Of a stretch of 64,000 bases of DNA, positions 1-10,659 are shown in pieces. The notes under the pieces are model-generated. The model had not been told where the DNA came from, ran no database searches, and saw only the letters and a list, made by a program, of their open reading frames with translations. The stretch's first letter is position 1. Each line of letters opens with the position of its first letter. The translations under genes were made by a program, and so were the position numbers. Source of the DNA: Methanobacteriota archaeon (GTDB lineage Archaea > Halobacteriota > Bog-38 > Methanoflorentales > Methanoflorentaceae); contig OY970393.1 in the NCBI GenBank assembly GCA_963720465.1, positions 1,792,001 through 1,856,000 of the forward strand, given 5' to 3'.

Positions 1-423
1 TCTGGGGTACAATCACTTGTGCTGAAAAACGGTAACTTCAGCACGGGAGGGATCACAGAGTCCTCTACGGGATCGGTGAAATCGTATGTCGCGGGAGATA
101 CGAACGCAATTGGCTACATCGCTACGAATGCAGTCGACAGCTCGGTCAAGGCACTTACCATTAATGGCATTGCTCCTACGTATGGCAACCTAGCAAACGG
201 AACCTACGTTATTGAGCGATATCTCCTGTACGTAACGAACGGACCCGCAACGGGACTTGCGCAAAGTTTCATAAACTACACCCTTAGCCCCGCAGGACAA
301 GCGATATTAAAGAGCCAAGGCGAGGTGGCGCTCAGCGACGTACCAGGGTACGTCCCGCCGACAACGACAGCAACGGCAGCAACGACAACAACAGCAACGG
401 CAACATCAGCAACGACAATGTAA
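1..423 (+). CDS. pstS: Phosphate ABC transporter substrate-binding protein, 5'-truncated by the window edge, with a Thr/Ala-rich C-terminal tail
   Basis: Frame is open from base 1; AIGY...VKAL.ING...GTY.IERYL PstS-type C-terminal motifs; first gene of the pst cluster. Confidence 0.9.
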   Translation, partial: SGVQSLVLKNGNFSTGGITESSTGSVKSYVAGDTNAIGYIATNAVDSSVKALTINGIAPTYGNLANGTYVIERYLLYVTNGPATGLAQSFINYTLSPAGQAILKSQGEVALSDVPGYVPPTTTATAATTTTATATSATTM

Positions 424-500
424 TAGCGACTTAACGACTAAGCATCCCCTCCCCTCCTTTTTTTTCTGCAAAGGAGTCATAAGCCACGTCCAACACAGCG

Positions 501-1388
501 GTGCGCGCACTTCGGAGATCAAGAACGAGGGACGCAAGAGAGCGTCTCATCCAGTTGATCTTGCTGGTGTGCGCGATCTCGTCAATCTTCGCTATTTTTT
601 TGATTATCGTTTTCGTCTTTAGCCAAGGAGTGCCCTTCTTGGCTGAAGCGGGTTTACCTTTTTTGACAGGGAGCGTTTGGCTGCCCGCTGACAGCTTCGC
701 TGCCGGCACGTGGGGAATATTCCCCATTATTCTGGGCTCGCTGATCGTCACGTTGGGCGCCGTGGCGATTGGAGCGCCGCTCGGGATCGCGTGCGCTGTG
801 TTCTTGGCTGAAATTGCACCCCCTGCGATCCGGCGCGTGCTGGTCCCCTCTGTAAGTGCCTTGGCCGGTGTTCCGTCAGTCGTTTACGGGTTCTTTGCCC
901 TTCTTGTGATTGTACCGTGGATACGGGGGCAATTTGGTGGATTTGGAACGAGCGTTCTTGCCTGTTGGATCATCCTCTCCATCATGATACTCCCAACCAT
1001 CATCAGCATATCTACTGATGCAATGCGCGCCGTTCCTCGTGAATACAAAGAAGGGAGTCTAGCGATGGGGGCTACGCGATGGCAAACAATTAGGAGCGTC
1101 TTGATCCCTGCAGCGAGCTCGGGCATCATTGCGAGCGTCATACTCGGCATGGGGCGCGCTATCGGCGAGACGATGGCCGTATTGCTCGTGGCTGGAAACT
1201 CTGTAACCATCCCCGGTTCAATATTCGCTCCGGTCAGCACGCTTACCGCGCAAATCGCGCTCGAGATGAACTATGCGACAGGAGCACACCAGCAGGCACT
1301 CTTTGCCATGGGCGTTGTACTTTTTGTGTTCATTATGATTCTGACCGGGCTCGCGAACCTTGCGACCAGGAGGCGAGTGACCTTTTAA
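501..1388 (+). CDS. pstC: Phosphate ABC transporter permease PstC
   Basis: Multiple TM helices; LAGVPSVVYG and GRAIGETMA motifs. Confidence 0.95.
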   Translation: MRALRRSRTRDARERLIQLILLVCAISSIFAIFLIIVFVFSQGVPFLAEAGLPFLTGSVWLPADSFAAGTWGIFPIILGSLIVTLGAVAIGAPLGIACAVFLAEIAPPAIRRVLVPSVSALAGVPSVVYGFFALLVIVPWIRGQFGGFGTSVLACWIILSIMILPTIISISTDAMRAVPREYKEGSLAMGATRWQTIRSVLIPAASSGIIASVILGMGRAIGETMAVLLVAGNSVTIPGSIFAPVSTLTAQIALEMNYATGAHQQALFAMGVVLFVFIMILTGLANLATRRRVTF

Positions 1389-2236
1389 TGGCCGCCAAGC
1401 GCCGCGAGATGGTGCCCATGGGATTGCTCTGGGGGGCGGGTATCGCGACTATCATCATCCTCGTCGTCATATTGGCCTACATACTCGCAGAAGGGCTTCC
1501 GCTCATCAGCTGGCATTTCTTGACGGCAAATCCAGGTGTGAGGGGACAGACAGGGACGGGAATCTATTCGACTATAGTGGCTACGGTCGCGGTCACGGGC
1601 GTAGCCCTGCTGGTAGCTGCGCCGCTGAGCGTCGGTGGGGCGATCTATTTGAACGAATACACTAGGGAGAACCTTCTGCGAAAAGTAATTCGCCAGGCGG
1701 CAGAAGTACTGGCAGGCATACCGTCTATCATCATCGGCCTCTTTGGATTCCTCTTTTTTGTCATCTATTTGCTGCCTTACACTGGGGGGTGGTCAGTACT
1801 ATCTGGGGGGCTGACACTCGCATTCATGGTGCTCCCTATATCGCTCAGAATTTCTGAAGAGGCGTTGAAAGCCGTCCCGGGAGAGCTGCGGGAAGGCAGC
1901 TTAGGCTTAGGTGCGACGAAATGGCAGTCGATTACTACGGTAGTCTTGCCGACAGCGCTCCCAGGAATCGTCACTGGGCTCATTCTCGGCATGGGGCGTG
2001 CTATCGGCGAGACTGCGGCCATCTTGCTTACTGCAGGCGGTGCGATAGGTCTGATCCACAGCCTGCAAGATCCTTGTTGCCCAATGACATTGTATATTTA
2101 TAACATCCTTACTGAGTATAACGACACGTCAACGGCGTATGGTACAGCCGCCGTGCTGATTATTGCGATCCTAGCGATCACATTCATTACTGACTGGCTA
2201 ATGAACAGCTATACCAAGAAACTAAAGGGGCTATGA
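1388..2236 (+). CDS. pstA: Phosphate ABC transporter permease PstA
   Basis: LAGIPSIIIGLFG and RAIGETA motifs; start overlaps the pstC stop. Confidence 0.95.
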   Translation: MAAKRREMVPMGLLWGAGIATIIILVVILAYILAEGLPLISWHFLTANPGVRGQTGTGIYSTIVATVAVTGVALLVAAPLSVGGAIYLNEYTRENLLRKVIRQAAEVLAGIPSIIIGLFGFLFFVIYLLPYTGGWSVLSGGLTLAFMVLPISLRISEEALKAVPGELREGSLGLGATKWQSITTVVLPTALPGIVTGLILGMGRAIGETAAILLTAGGAIGLIHSLQDPCCPMTLYIYNILTEYNDTSTAYGTAAVLIIAILAITFITDWLMNSYTKKLKGL

Positions 2237-2239
2237 TGC

Positions 2240-3001
2240 GTGAGCGGCGAGGTTGAGATAAGTATAAGGAACCTGAACCTCTGGTTTGGGAACTTTCAAG
2301 CCCTCAAGAACATCAACATCGACATTCCAAAGAACGCAGTCACTGCCCTAATCGGTCCATCAGGGTGTGGAAAATCGACTTTTATCAAGACACTTGACCG
2401 AATGAATGATCTTGTAGATAACGTCAAGTTTACTGGCGAAGTAATTTACAAAGGGCGTAATATCCTCAACTCGGATACGGACGTCGTGGAACTCCGCAAA
2501 GAGATTGGAATGGTGTTTCAAAAGCCCAACCCGTTCCCGAAATCCATCTTCGACAACGTCGCCTACGGGCCGCGGGTCCACGGGGTTCGAGATAAAAAGA
2601 CCCTGAACGAGATTGTTGAAAATAGCCTCAAAGGCGCGGCGATTTGGGACGAAGTCAAGGATCGGCTTAATGAATCCGCGCTCAGGCTTTCGGGCGGTCA
2701 GCAGCAACGGCTCTGTATCGCGCGGCTCCTCGCCGTCGAACCTGACGTGCTGCTCATGGATGAGCCCGCGTCAGCGCTGGATCCGATCGCAACGTCGAAG
2801 ATTGAAGATCTTATACACGAGCTGAAAAAAGAGTACACCATCATCATCGTCACGCATAACATGCAGCAGGCAGCTCGCGTCTCCTCACGCACGGCGTTTT
2901 TCTTTCTCGGCGAACTCGTTGAGTACGCTTCGACGATAGACTTATTTGAACGACCGCGAGAAAAGAAGACAGAAGACTACGTAACTGGGAAGTTCGGGTG
3001 A
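2240..3001 (+). CDS. pstB: Phosphate ABC transporter ATPase PstB
   Basis: Walker [38 protein letters not shown]. Confidence 0.97.
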   Translation: MSGEVEISIRNLNLWFGNFQALKNINIDIPKNAVTALIGPSGCGKSTFIKTLDRMNDLVDNVKFTGEVIYKGRNILNSDTDVVELRKEIGMVFQKPNPFPKSIFDNVAYGPRVHGVRDKKTLNEIVENSLKGAAIWDEVKDRLNESALRLSGGQQQRLCIARLLAVEPDVLLMDEPASALDPIATSKIEDLIHELKKEYTIIIVTHNMQQAARVSSRTAFFFLGELVEYASTIDLFERPREKKTEDYVTGKFG

Positions 3002-3013
3002 GAGACACAAACC

Positions 3014-3679
3014 ATGGCTAGGAATCGCTACGTTAGAAAGCTGAAAGAATTGCGGCAAAACGTCACAGAAATGGGCGCTATTACCCAGCGATCAGTTGAG
3101 GATGTGCTGCGGGCCCTCGAGACGAGTGATACGATCCTCGCTCAGCAGGTCATCACCAATGACGATGAGATAGACAAGTTCGATCGCAAGATTGAATCGC
3201 AATGCATGTCGCTCCTCGCGCTCGAACAGCCTATGGCAAAGGACCTCAGGATCATTGCTACTTCTTTGAAGATGATAACCGATTTGGAGCGCATTGGCGA
3301 CTTCACCGTAGACATCGCAGAAGAGGTCGTCACCATGGAAAAGCCGATCCGCATACCTATTTCCGCATCGAAATTCAACGAGCTTGTCGCTGACGTGAAG
3401 TCGCTGGTCGCCGACAGCGTTGAAACATACACTAACGGCGACGTCGAACAAGCGCGCCGCTTTGAAGCGCGCGACGACAGAATTGACATCCTGTATAAAG
3501 ACATCGTCGATAATATGGTGAAAGCGCTCGCTCAAGGCAAATGCTCAACGGAGACTGTGGCTGATGTTGCGAGCCTGCTGTACATCATACGATACTTGGA
3601 GCGCATTGCTGATCATGCGGTAAACATCGGAAATCGCGTCTGTTACATGGAAGAAGGCGAGCGGCGCTACTTCAAGTAG
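3014..3679 (+). CDS. phoU: Phosphate uptake regulator PhoU
   Basis: Two PhoU repeats (DLERIGD, YLERIADHA); follows pstB. Confidence 0.95.
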   Translation: MARNRYVRKLKELRQNVTEMGAITQRSVEDVLRALETSDTILAQQVITNDDEIDKFDRKIESQCMSLLALEQPMAKDLRIIATSLKMITDLERIGDFTVDIAEEVVTMEKPIRIPISASKFNELVADVKSLVADSVETYTNGDVEQARRFEARDDRIDILYKDIVDNMVKALAQGKCSTETVADVASLLYIIRYLERIADHAVNIGNRVCYMEEGERRYFK

Positions 3680-3686
3680 CTTCTTT

Positions 3687-4427
3687 TCACTGACCCGGTT
3701 CGTCTAGAGGCGTGGATTCAGACCACGTATCGCCAGTTCTCACTTCCTGTAGTCTTGTTCTTGCGTTTTTCGACGCGCGTTCTATGTCTTCACAGGGCGT
3801 TTGCGAAAGCGAGCCGTGGCCGGGAAAGAGTCGCTCTATCTTTTTCGTATTGAGCACGTCCATAGAATGCACGTAGTCACCAGCACTTCCCGAGGGTGCT
3901 ATCGCCGACAGAGTCCCGTTTGCGAAAACGGTATCTCCTGAAAATAGCAGCTTGTTATACTCCTCATAGACACAGATGCAGCCAGATGTATGGCCGGGAG
4001 TATCGATCACTTCGAGTTTCGCGTTTTCCAGGTCGATAAACGTTCCGTTCTCAAACCACACATGCGGTTTCGTATACCGATAATCGGCCGAAAATGACGA
4101 GTACATCGTGACATATGCGTCTTTTTCGGTTATTTTTGCGGCAGCGAGCCGTCCAGCCGCGATAATGGCCGTGCGGTAGAAGTACTTATTGCCACCAATG
4201 TGGTCAAAGTGTTCATGCGTGTTGACGACCAAATCGACATCTGCAGGCGTGAATCCAATGTTGCGTAACGCATCCCTCAAATCACCAAAGCTCGCATCAA
4301 TTCCCGAATCGATCATGACGATCTTGTCGGTCCCAACGATAAGGTAAACGTGACACGACGGCCGCTGCGCCGGTATTTGGAAGACGCCGGGGCACACTTC
4401 TACGGGTTCTTTGCGTTGATCTATCAC
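3687..4427 (-). CDS. Metallo-beta-lactamase-fold hydrolase
   Basis: THEHFDHIGG, TPGHT, LFSGD and PGHG motifs. Confidence 0.9.
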   Translation of the reverse strand: MIDQRKEPVEVCPGVFQIPAQRPSCHVYLIVGTDKIVMIDSGIDASFGDLRDALRNIGFTPADVDLVVNTHEHFDHIGGNKYFYRTAIIAAGRLAAAKITEKDAYVTMYSSFSADYRYTKPHVWFENGTFIDLENAKLEVIDTPGHTSGCICVYEEYNKLLFSGDTVFANGTLSAIAPSGSAGDYVHSMDVLNTKKIERLFPGHGSLSQTPCEDIERASKNARTRLQEVRTGDTWSESTPLDEPGQ

Positions 4428-4616
4428 ATTTCATGCCTACGGTATCCTGCCTTTATAAATGATCCATATAGATTCAATAGCCGCAAGGAGGCCTCCACGC
4501 TGGGTATGGGTAGCGATCAAGCGTGCCGTACTTGGATTAAAACTGGCGACAAGGCAATAAGTTAAGCGGTCGCGTTATTGAAAAAGGGAAGAAACCCCAC
4601 AGACAGGAGGTAAGAA

Positions 4617-5570
4617 ATGGATTTCTCGATGAGCGCAATTAGGGCTCCGTTAGACGTTCCCCAGGAGCTGCGAATGGAATATAGAAGAAATCTATTCACC
4701 ATAACAAAGGGAAGCGGCCGTATTATGCTCTTCGCGGGAGATCAGAAGATTGAGCACATGAACGATGATTTCCATGGCCCTGGCATTTCCCCTGACGACA
4801 ACGATCCTGAGCACTTGTTTCGAATCGCGAGTAGCGCTGAAATCGGGTGTTTTGCGACGCAGATGGGGCTGATCGCTCGCTACGGCGAGGATTATCCAAA
4901 CGTCAATTATCTTATCAAGCTTAATTCCAAGTCGAACCTTGTAAAGCCCGCGCAAGTAGAACCGTTCAGTGGTCTCTTCTATTCCATGGAACAAGTCGAT
5001 GAGTTTCGGAAGAGTTCGGCGTTGAACATTCCCGCCGTCGGATATACGATTTACGCCGGAAGCGAATACGAAACGCACATGCTGCACGAAGCCGCCCAGA
5101 TCATTCACGGCGCTCACAAGCGTGGCATGATCGCGATCATTTGGGTCTATCCCCGCGGGAAGGCAGTGAAAGATGAGCACGACCCGCATCTCATCGCCGG
5201 CGCAGCCGGGTTAGGTGCCGCCCTCGGCGCGGATTTTGTGAAAGTAAACTACCCGAAGAAAGACGGCGTCGATTCCAAAGAAACCTTTAAAGAGGCCGTT
5301 CAAGCCGCGGGCCGATGCAAAGTATTGTGCGCAGGGGGCTCAACTGTAGATGTCAGACTCTTCCTTGAGCGCCTCTGGGAGCAAATCTTCGTAAGCGGCG
5401 CAAGTGGCAATGCGACCGGCAGGAACATACACCAAAAGCGGCTCAAGGAAGCCATTCAAATGTGCAATGCAATTTCAGCCATCGTCGTGAACGGTGAAGG
5501 CGTGGAAGAAGCGCTGCAGATCTACACGGGAAGAAAAGAGTTTAAAGTGAAAGACTATAACATGTCGTGA
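4617..5570 (+). CDS. Class I (DhnA-type) fructose-bisphosphate aldolase family protein
   Basis: DQKIEH, WVYPRG, GADFVK (Schiff-base Lys), GRNIHQ; SD GGAGG upstream. Confidence 0.85.
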   Translation: MDFSMSAIRAPLDVPQELRMEYRRNLFTITKGSGRIMLFAGDQKIEHMNDDFHGPGISPDDNDPEHLFRIASSAEIGCFATQMGLIARYGEDYPNVNYLIKLNSKSNLVKPAQVEPFSGLFYSMEQVDEFRKSSALNIPAVGYTIYAGSEYETHMLHEAAQIIHGAHKRGMIAIIWVYPRGKAVKDEHDPHLIAGAAGLGAALGADFVKVNYPKKDGVDSKETFKEAVQAAGRCKVLCAGGSTVDVRLFLERLWEQIFVSGASGNATGRNIHQKRLKEAIQMCNAISAIVVNGEGVEEALQIYTGRKEFKVKDYNMS

Positions 5571-5641
5571 ATCGTTAGCTCGGCCATAGGTAGCGCTGCC
5601 AGCACGTACGTAATCTCCGCGTGGCCTTGGGGGAGAGAGCT

Positions 5642-6568
5642 ATGATATACACGATCACGCTGAATCCTGCGCTTGACCGCATACTCACTGTTAAGTCCAT
5701 CGAATATAACAACCCTAATCGAGTGGACGGCGATGACCGATATGCAGGCGGCAAAGGCATCGACGTGTCGAAAGCCCTCACCCGGCTCGGTGTGGACAAC
5801 AAAGCGATTGGGTTTGCTGGCGGTTTCATAGGGCAGGAGCTCGAAGGATGCCTGCTCAATCTCGGCGTCAACTGCGAGTTTGTCAGAATCTCCGCCGAAA
5901 CCCGCACCAACGTGTATATTCACGAGACGGCTAGGAACCGGCAGATCTCGTTCAATCTACGCGGCCCTTTGATCCAGTCCTTCGAGCTTATGGAGATGAT
6001 CGATGTGATCAAAGGGCTCGAGGATGCTAATTACGTTATTCTCAGTGGTAGTGTTCCTGCCGGAGTCAATGCGATCATCTACCAAAAAATCGTAGAGATC
6101 GCAAAAGGCAAAGGAGCGACGGTCGTTCTAGACTCCGACGATGAGCCGTTCAGGGCCGGTTTGAGGGCGAAGCCCCATATTATCAAGCCTAACGTGCACG
6201 AGCTCGAGCGACTCTTGGCTAGGCAGCTCAGAGATATGAGCGCGATCGTCGATGCGGCCATAGAGGTGCACGAAGGAGGCATTGATGTGGTTCTTGTCTC
6301 CATGGGCGCCAGAGGCGTGCTGCTCGTAACCGAAGAAGAACGGTGGATAGCGCATCCGCCGCGAGTGACTGTGACAAATACCATCGGCGCCGGAGACTCA
6401 GCCGTTGCCGGATTTGTTCAGAGCTTAGTTTTGGGAGAAAACTTCAAGGAAGCGGCCTCGAGGGCAGCAGCGACGGGAACCGCAGCAACTCTCATCGATG
6501 ATGTCTCCATTACCCAAGAAAACGTGAATGCTATTCTTGGCCAAGTGAAGGTCCGCCGCGTGACCTAG
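5642..6568 (+). CDS. pfkB: 1-phosphofructokinase family (PfkB/FruK/LacC) sugar-phosphate kinase
   Basis: TITLNPALD, AGGKGIDVS, KPNVHEL, NTIGAGDS; start set at the ATG of MIYT. Confidence 0.88.
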   Translation: MIYTITLNPALDRILTVKSIEYNNPNRVDGDDRYAGGKGIDVSKALTRLGVDNKAIGFAGGFIGQELEGCLLNLGVNCEFVRISAETRTNVYIHETARNRQISFNLRGPLIQSFELMEMIDVIKGLEDANYVILSGSVPAGVNAIIYQKIVEIAKGKGATVVLDSDDEPFRAGLRAKPHIIKPNVHELERLLARQLRDMSAIVDAAIEVHEGGIDVVLVSMGARGVLLVTEEERWIAHPPRVTVTNTIGAGDSAVAGFVQSLVLGENFKEAASRAAATGTAATLIDDVSITQENVNAILGQVKVRRVT

Positions 6569-7359
6569 ATGCCCTGCCTGCCAGCACTATCAGCTCGACA
6601 GGCGTTGATATCGTTTCGGAATTGTGCTGCCATCTTGTGGGGGGATTGCGCGAAAATAACATCCCTGGACACGGCGATGATGCCCATGCGCCCTTGAGCG
6701 TTCATCCCTGACGTAACTGCTTTCTGAAGGTCACCGCCTTGTGATCCGACGCCCGGGATGAGGAGTGGAACCTCCTCGCCCACAATACCGCGTACTGCCT
6801 CAAGCTCACTTCCTTGCGTAGCGCCCACAATGAAGCCGAGATTGCCGTGTATGTTCCATTCCAAAGCCTTTTTCGCAACGACCTGATAGAGCGGCTCCAC
6901 ACATGACAGGTTCTGTATCTCTGCAGCCCCGGCGTTCGACGTCTTGCAAAGGATAAAGACGCCCTTGTTTCGCCGCTCGATGAAGGGCTCTATCGCGTCG
7001 AGTCCCATATAAGGGCTTACCGTCACGGCGTCACCTCCCACGATCTCATACACGTACTTGGCATGTGCTTTTGACGAGTGTGCAACATCAGCCTTCTTTG
7101 AGTCGACAATGACTGGAACGCGCACAAACTCTTTGATATACTCCACCGTCTTGATAAGGGCGTCCAACCCTGGAGGGCCGCGCGCTTCGTAGAACGCCGT
7201 ATTAACCTTGAAACAGCAGACCAAATCGAGCGTAGCGCTGATAATGCGCTGGTTGAAATCGAAAACATCATCCACCGTGCCATCAGGGTCCAGCCCCACG
7301 CACAGCCAGCTATTGTTCTGACGCGCTGTTTTTTCCAAGTCTCGCAAAAAAGCCACCAT
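6565..7359 (-). CDS. pyrF: Orotidine-5'-phosphate decarboxylase (type 2)
   Basis: LCVGLDP, DSKKAD, SPYMG.D, KTSN, VGAT, LIPGVGSQGG. Confidence 0.92.
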   Translation of the reverse strand: MVAFLRDLEKTARQNNSWLCVGLDPDGTVDDVFDFNQRIISATLDLVCCFKVNTAFYEARGPPGLDALIKTVEYIKEFVRVPVIVDSKKADVAHSSKAHAKYVYEIVGGDAVTVSPYMGLDAIEPFIERRNKGVFILCKTSNAGAAEIQNLSCVEPLYQVVAKKALEWNIHGNLGFIVGATQGSELEAVRGIVGEEVPLLIPGVGSQGGDLQKAVTSGMNAQGRMGIIAVSRDVIFAQSPHKMAAQFRNDINACRADSAGRQGI

Positions 7360-7423
7360 ATCTCGTCTCTCCCGAGTAGGCAGGATGTATTCTTCTTCCT
7401 CTATTTACTGCTTGTGTTGGCTC

Positions 7424-8755
7424 TCAGCCGCTGCTTGCGACGCTGACATCCCTTATCCGAACTGTCGGGGTCGTCAAGCTGAAGTACGTCTTGACCTCGC
7501 GACTTATGCCATCGATTTGCTGAAGCAAGTCGAGGACGTCGATTCCGATGTTGGTTTGCTTTAGGGCGTGTTCGAGTTCGCCGTCTTCGATGGCGTAGCC
7601 GGCGTAGACCATTCCGGAAAACTCTCCGGTGCTCGGATTCGGCCGATCGCCAGTGGCCCTAATATAGATGCCGTGTCCCACATCCTCGATTACGTTCGCC
7701 TCAGCTCCGCTTGCGATTACGAGGTTTGTGGGCGCTATCGAAGGCGGCTGCCGAAAGTCCCCACGAGAGGCGTTGCCCGTGCTCGTTGTCCCCTCTTTGT
7801 TTGCCGTGTAGCTGTCGTAGAGGTACGAACGCAGGACGCCTCTTTCGACGAGAGGGGTTCGCTGTGATGGGACTCCTTCACCATCAAAGGGGCTTGTCTC
7901 TAAGCCGCCGCCAAGGAGTCCGTCATCCACAATCGAGAATTCGCTTACAGCGATGTGTTCGCCGATTTTCCCTGCTAGAAACGATCGATCCCGTTGCGCG
8001 TCTTCAGCGCTCACGGTGACTGCAGCTGCAATGACGGACCCAACGGCAAGGGGATCGAGCACGACAGGCATCTTGCCTGATTGAACCGGCCGTGGGTTCA
8101 TACTACGCAGCGCCATCTCTCCGGCTGCACTTCCAACCGAATCAACATTGAAATCGAAACGCCGCGACGCAGCGTACTCGAAGCCGTTTCCGCTGTCTTC
8201 CCCCTTGTGCGCAATCACGTCCACGTCGAGCGCGGCCTGCGTTCCACTATCTGTTCCCGAAACGCCGAACGTGTTTGCGATCGCGCCGCTCCAGCGCCCG
8301 ACTGACGCGCCAGAATTGACTATATCGATGCGCTTGTCAATACGCGATGCGTCAGCGACGTCAATCGCAAGTTGCGCGACCGTTGAGACGTCGAGTGATG
8401 CGATCGTGTCGTCCCAGGTACCGGAGACGACGGGATAGCGCTCGGCGGGCGGAAGCGATTTGAAATCTTTGTCAGGACGTCCGGCACGTGACGCCGAGAT
8501 CGCTTGCTCGACAGCGAACTCAACCCGCTCGAGAGATGCGTGCGCGTACCCCATGCTGCCATCCTGGAAGATCCGAATCCCGATGCCACTCTCAAAGCCG
8601 CTTTGGCTTGATTTGATCTTGCCCTTTTCGAGCTCTGCGCTGACAGAGTTCGAGTGAGTGGCGAATGCTTCTCCCTGGTAGATTGACGTGTCTACGAGCG
8701 CCAATGCCCGCGTGCATACCTCGAGGAGCGTAGCCTCTCGCTCGGTGTGAGTCAT
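7424..8755 (-). CDS. pmbA: TldE/PmbA family protein
   Basis: PFDGEG and TGNASR motifs, no HExxGH; paired with tldD. Confidence 0.88.
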   Translation of the reverse strand: MTHTEREATLLEVCTRALALVDTSIYQGEAFATHSNSVSAELEKGKIKSSQSGFESGIGIRIFQDGSMGYAHASLERVEFAVEQAISASRAGRPDKDFKSLPPAERYPVVSGTWDDTIASLDVSTVAQLAIDVADASRIDKRIDIVNSGASVGRWSGAIANTFGVSGTDSGTQAALDVDVIAHKGEDSGNGFEYAASRRFDFNVDSVGSAAGEMALRSMNPRPVQSGKMPVVLDPLAVGSVIAAAVTVSAEDAQRDRSFLAGKIGEHIAVSEFSIVDDGLLGGGLETSPFDGEGVPSQRTPLVERGVLRSYLYDSYTANKEGTTSTGNASRGDFRQPPSIAPTNLVIASGAEANVIEDVGHGIYIRATGDRPNPSTGEFSGMVYAGYAIEDGELEHALKQTNIGIDVLDLLQQIDGISREVKTYFSLTTPTVRIRDVSVASSG

Positions 8756-8759
8756 CACT

Positions 8760-10163
8760 TTATATCCCCCCCACAACGACGTCACTCACACGCATATAAG
8801 CGCCTCCCGTGGTGTTTGGCGTCATCTGTCCGTCTTTGCCGCACGTTCCAGGGTCGAACGACAAGGTCCGCGTTATAGCGTTGATTCTGTGAAGGATCTC
8901 GAGCGTCATCGCGCTCAGCGCAGCGTCCCTCAAATGATCGCGCAGTTCTCCGCGTTCGACTGCGTACGCTTCTCTACTTTTGAAGGTGAACATCCCTGTT
9001 GTAGGAGTCGTGTAGCCATACTGCCAGCCGATAAAGTATATCCCGCTGAACCCCTCCAGCAGCTCTTCAAACGCGTAGTCCCCGGGTTCAAAGAAGGTGT
9101 TGCTCATCCGCACGATAGGCGGAGCGTCGTACCGCTGGGCGCGCGCGCTTCCGTTTGTCCCCAAGCCCAGGCGCGACCCGGTTTCGATGTCGGTGAGGTA
9201 GGTCTGCAAAATCCCGCGTTCCAAGAGCACCTTTCGGCGCGTCTGGATACCCTCATCGTCGTAGCCCATGTAACCGTAGCTCAGCAAGGTCGGGTCGTCT
9301 ACGATCGTCACTGCTTCAGATCCAATCTTCTGGGTCAGCTTCCCTGCCAAGATAGACGTGCCTGAAATGATCGCGTCGGCTTCGGACGCGTGTCCGAACG
9401 CCTCGTGCGCAAAAACCCCGGAGAGCGACGGGTCGAGCACGGCATCAAACTGTCCAGAAGGTGCCGGTTTTGCGTCGAGGAGCGAGACGGCTTGGGTTGC
9501 AGCAGTTCGGCCGATGTCCGCGCCGTCTAGAAACAGCTCGAACCCTTTTGAATCACCTTTGGCCTTATAGCCTGACTGTCGCAATGCACCTTCTTTCGCA
9601 AAGATCATTGCGCGAGCAATCGACCGCACGACAGTCTCGTCGACATATGTTCCTTCGGAATTAGCGATTATTTTATGCAGAACAATGTCTGTGTATCCGA
9701 TCTCTGTGCTGCTGACGCGCTTATCTGTCTCTTTTGCTTCTCGCTCTTGACGCAGGACATAGCCGAGCTTGTCAGCGATTGAGACCTGAGTCGGCAGGCG
9801 CTGTACCGCCGTCTTGACGGTGTCTTCAAATACCGGCGCCTCAATCGAAAACTTCTCAGCGCGCGCATACACGGCTTTGGCGAGACTGACCGCGCGTTCA
9901 GCGCAATCGGTCAAACCGCGGCGATCCACTTCTGTCGTGTACACAAACCCCCACGCGCCCTCCAAAAAGGCCCGTATTCCAGCCCCAAGTTCATTTGAGC
10001 TATTTATCTTCGTTATCCCGTCTTTCGCGGAGATTGAAGTGCCATCGGAGCTCTCGAGGCGGATATCAGCGAACTGGGCTCCGCGCTCGCGCGCTACGCT
10101 GAGAGCTTCTTCAACATCGTGCCTTTTTTCGCTTAGTTCTTGCATCGGCGATCGCATCTCCAT
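8760..10163 (-). CDS. tldD: TldD family metalloprotease
   Basis: HEAFGHASEAD, YDDEG, RMSNT, GTCGK motifs. Confidence 0.92.
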   Translation of the reverse strand: MEMRSPMQELSEKRHDVEEALSVARERGAQFADIRLESSDGTSISAKDGITKINSSNELGAGIRAFLEGAWGFVYTTEVDRRGLTDCAERAVSLAKAVYARAEKFSIEAPVFEDTVKTAVQRLPTQVSIADKLGYVLRQEREAKETDKRVSSTEIGYTDIVLHKIIANSEGTYVDETVVRSIARAMIFAKEGALRQSGYKAKGDSKGFELFLDGADIGRTAATQAVSLLDAKPAPSGQFDAVLDPSLSGVFAHEAFGHASEADAIISGTSILAGKLTQKIGSEAVTIVDDPTLLSYGYMGYDDEGIQTRRKVLLERGILQTYLTDIETGSRLGLGTNGSARAQRYDAPPIVRMSNTFFEPGDYAFEELLEGFSGIYFIGWQYGYTTPTTGMFTFKSREAYAVERGELRDHLRDAALSAMTLEILHRINAITRTLSFDPGTCGKDGQMTPNTTGGAYMRVSDVVVGGI

Positions 10164-10659
10164 GCGACTAACATTGGGCGTGCTTAAATGGTTTATCCAC
10201 GAGAGGGCGGCAGAGACGGATATGTCGATCGCGTCAAGCGCAACCCATTATGCTAAATGAGGCGGCTAGACGCGTCCGCTCAGCTTTTGAGTAATCAGGC
10301 GACGCAATAACAAGCCAGTCGTCTTTGTTGAGCCTAGTCGCTGCTATCTGCTTACGACAGGCACTTGATTGACGATGTTGGTCTTGCGGAATCTTAGCCC
10401 GGCTAGGTACTTGCACGCAAGGCGGGGCTTTCGTGTAGCAATACGCTAAATGGCCTTAGTTGTATGACACAATTTATGCCCCTCAGTCATTTCTCGTGTT
10501 TTGCACGTTAGGCCGAGCGCTCGCAGCTCCTGAAGACGTTATGTTATGTGTGGACGCTAGTTGCCCTCGGCGCGTCCCTTGCCCCTCTTTAAGGTTGAGC
10601 TGTCGTCATTGTCTTTTCTCTTTGTCTACGATTTTTCGGCAACGCTCTAATAGAATCCA

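Noticed and set aside
355-420. ACA/ACG/GCA-rich low-complexity repeat
   Set aside because: It encodes the Thr/Ala-rich tail of PstS and is not an independent repeat element.
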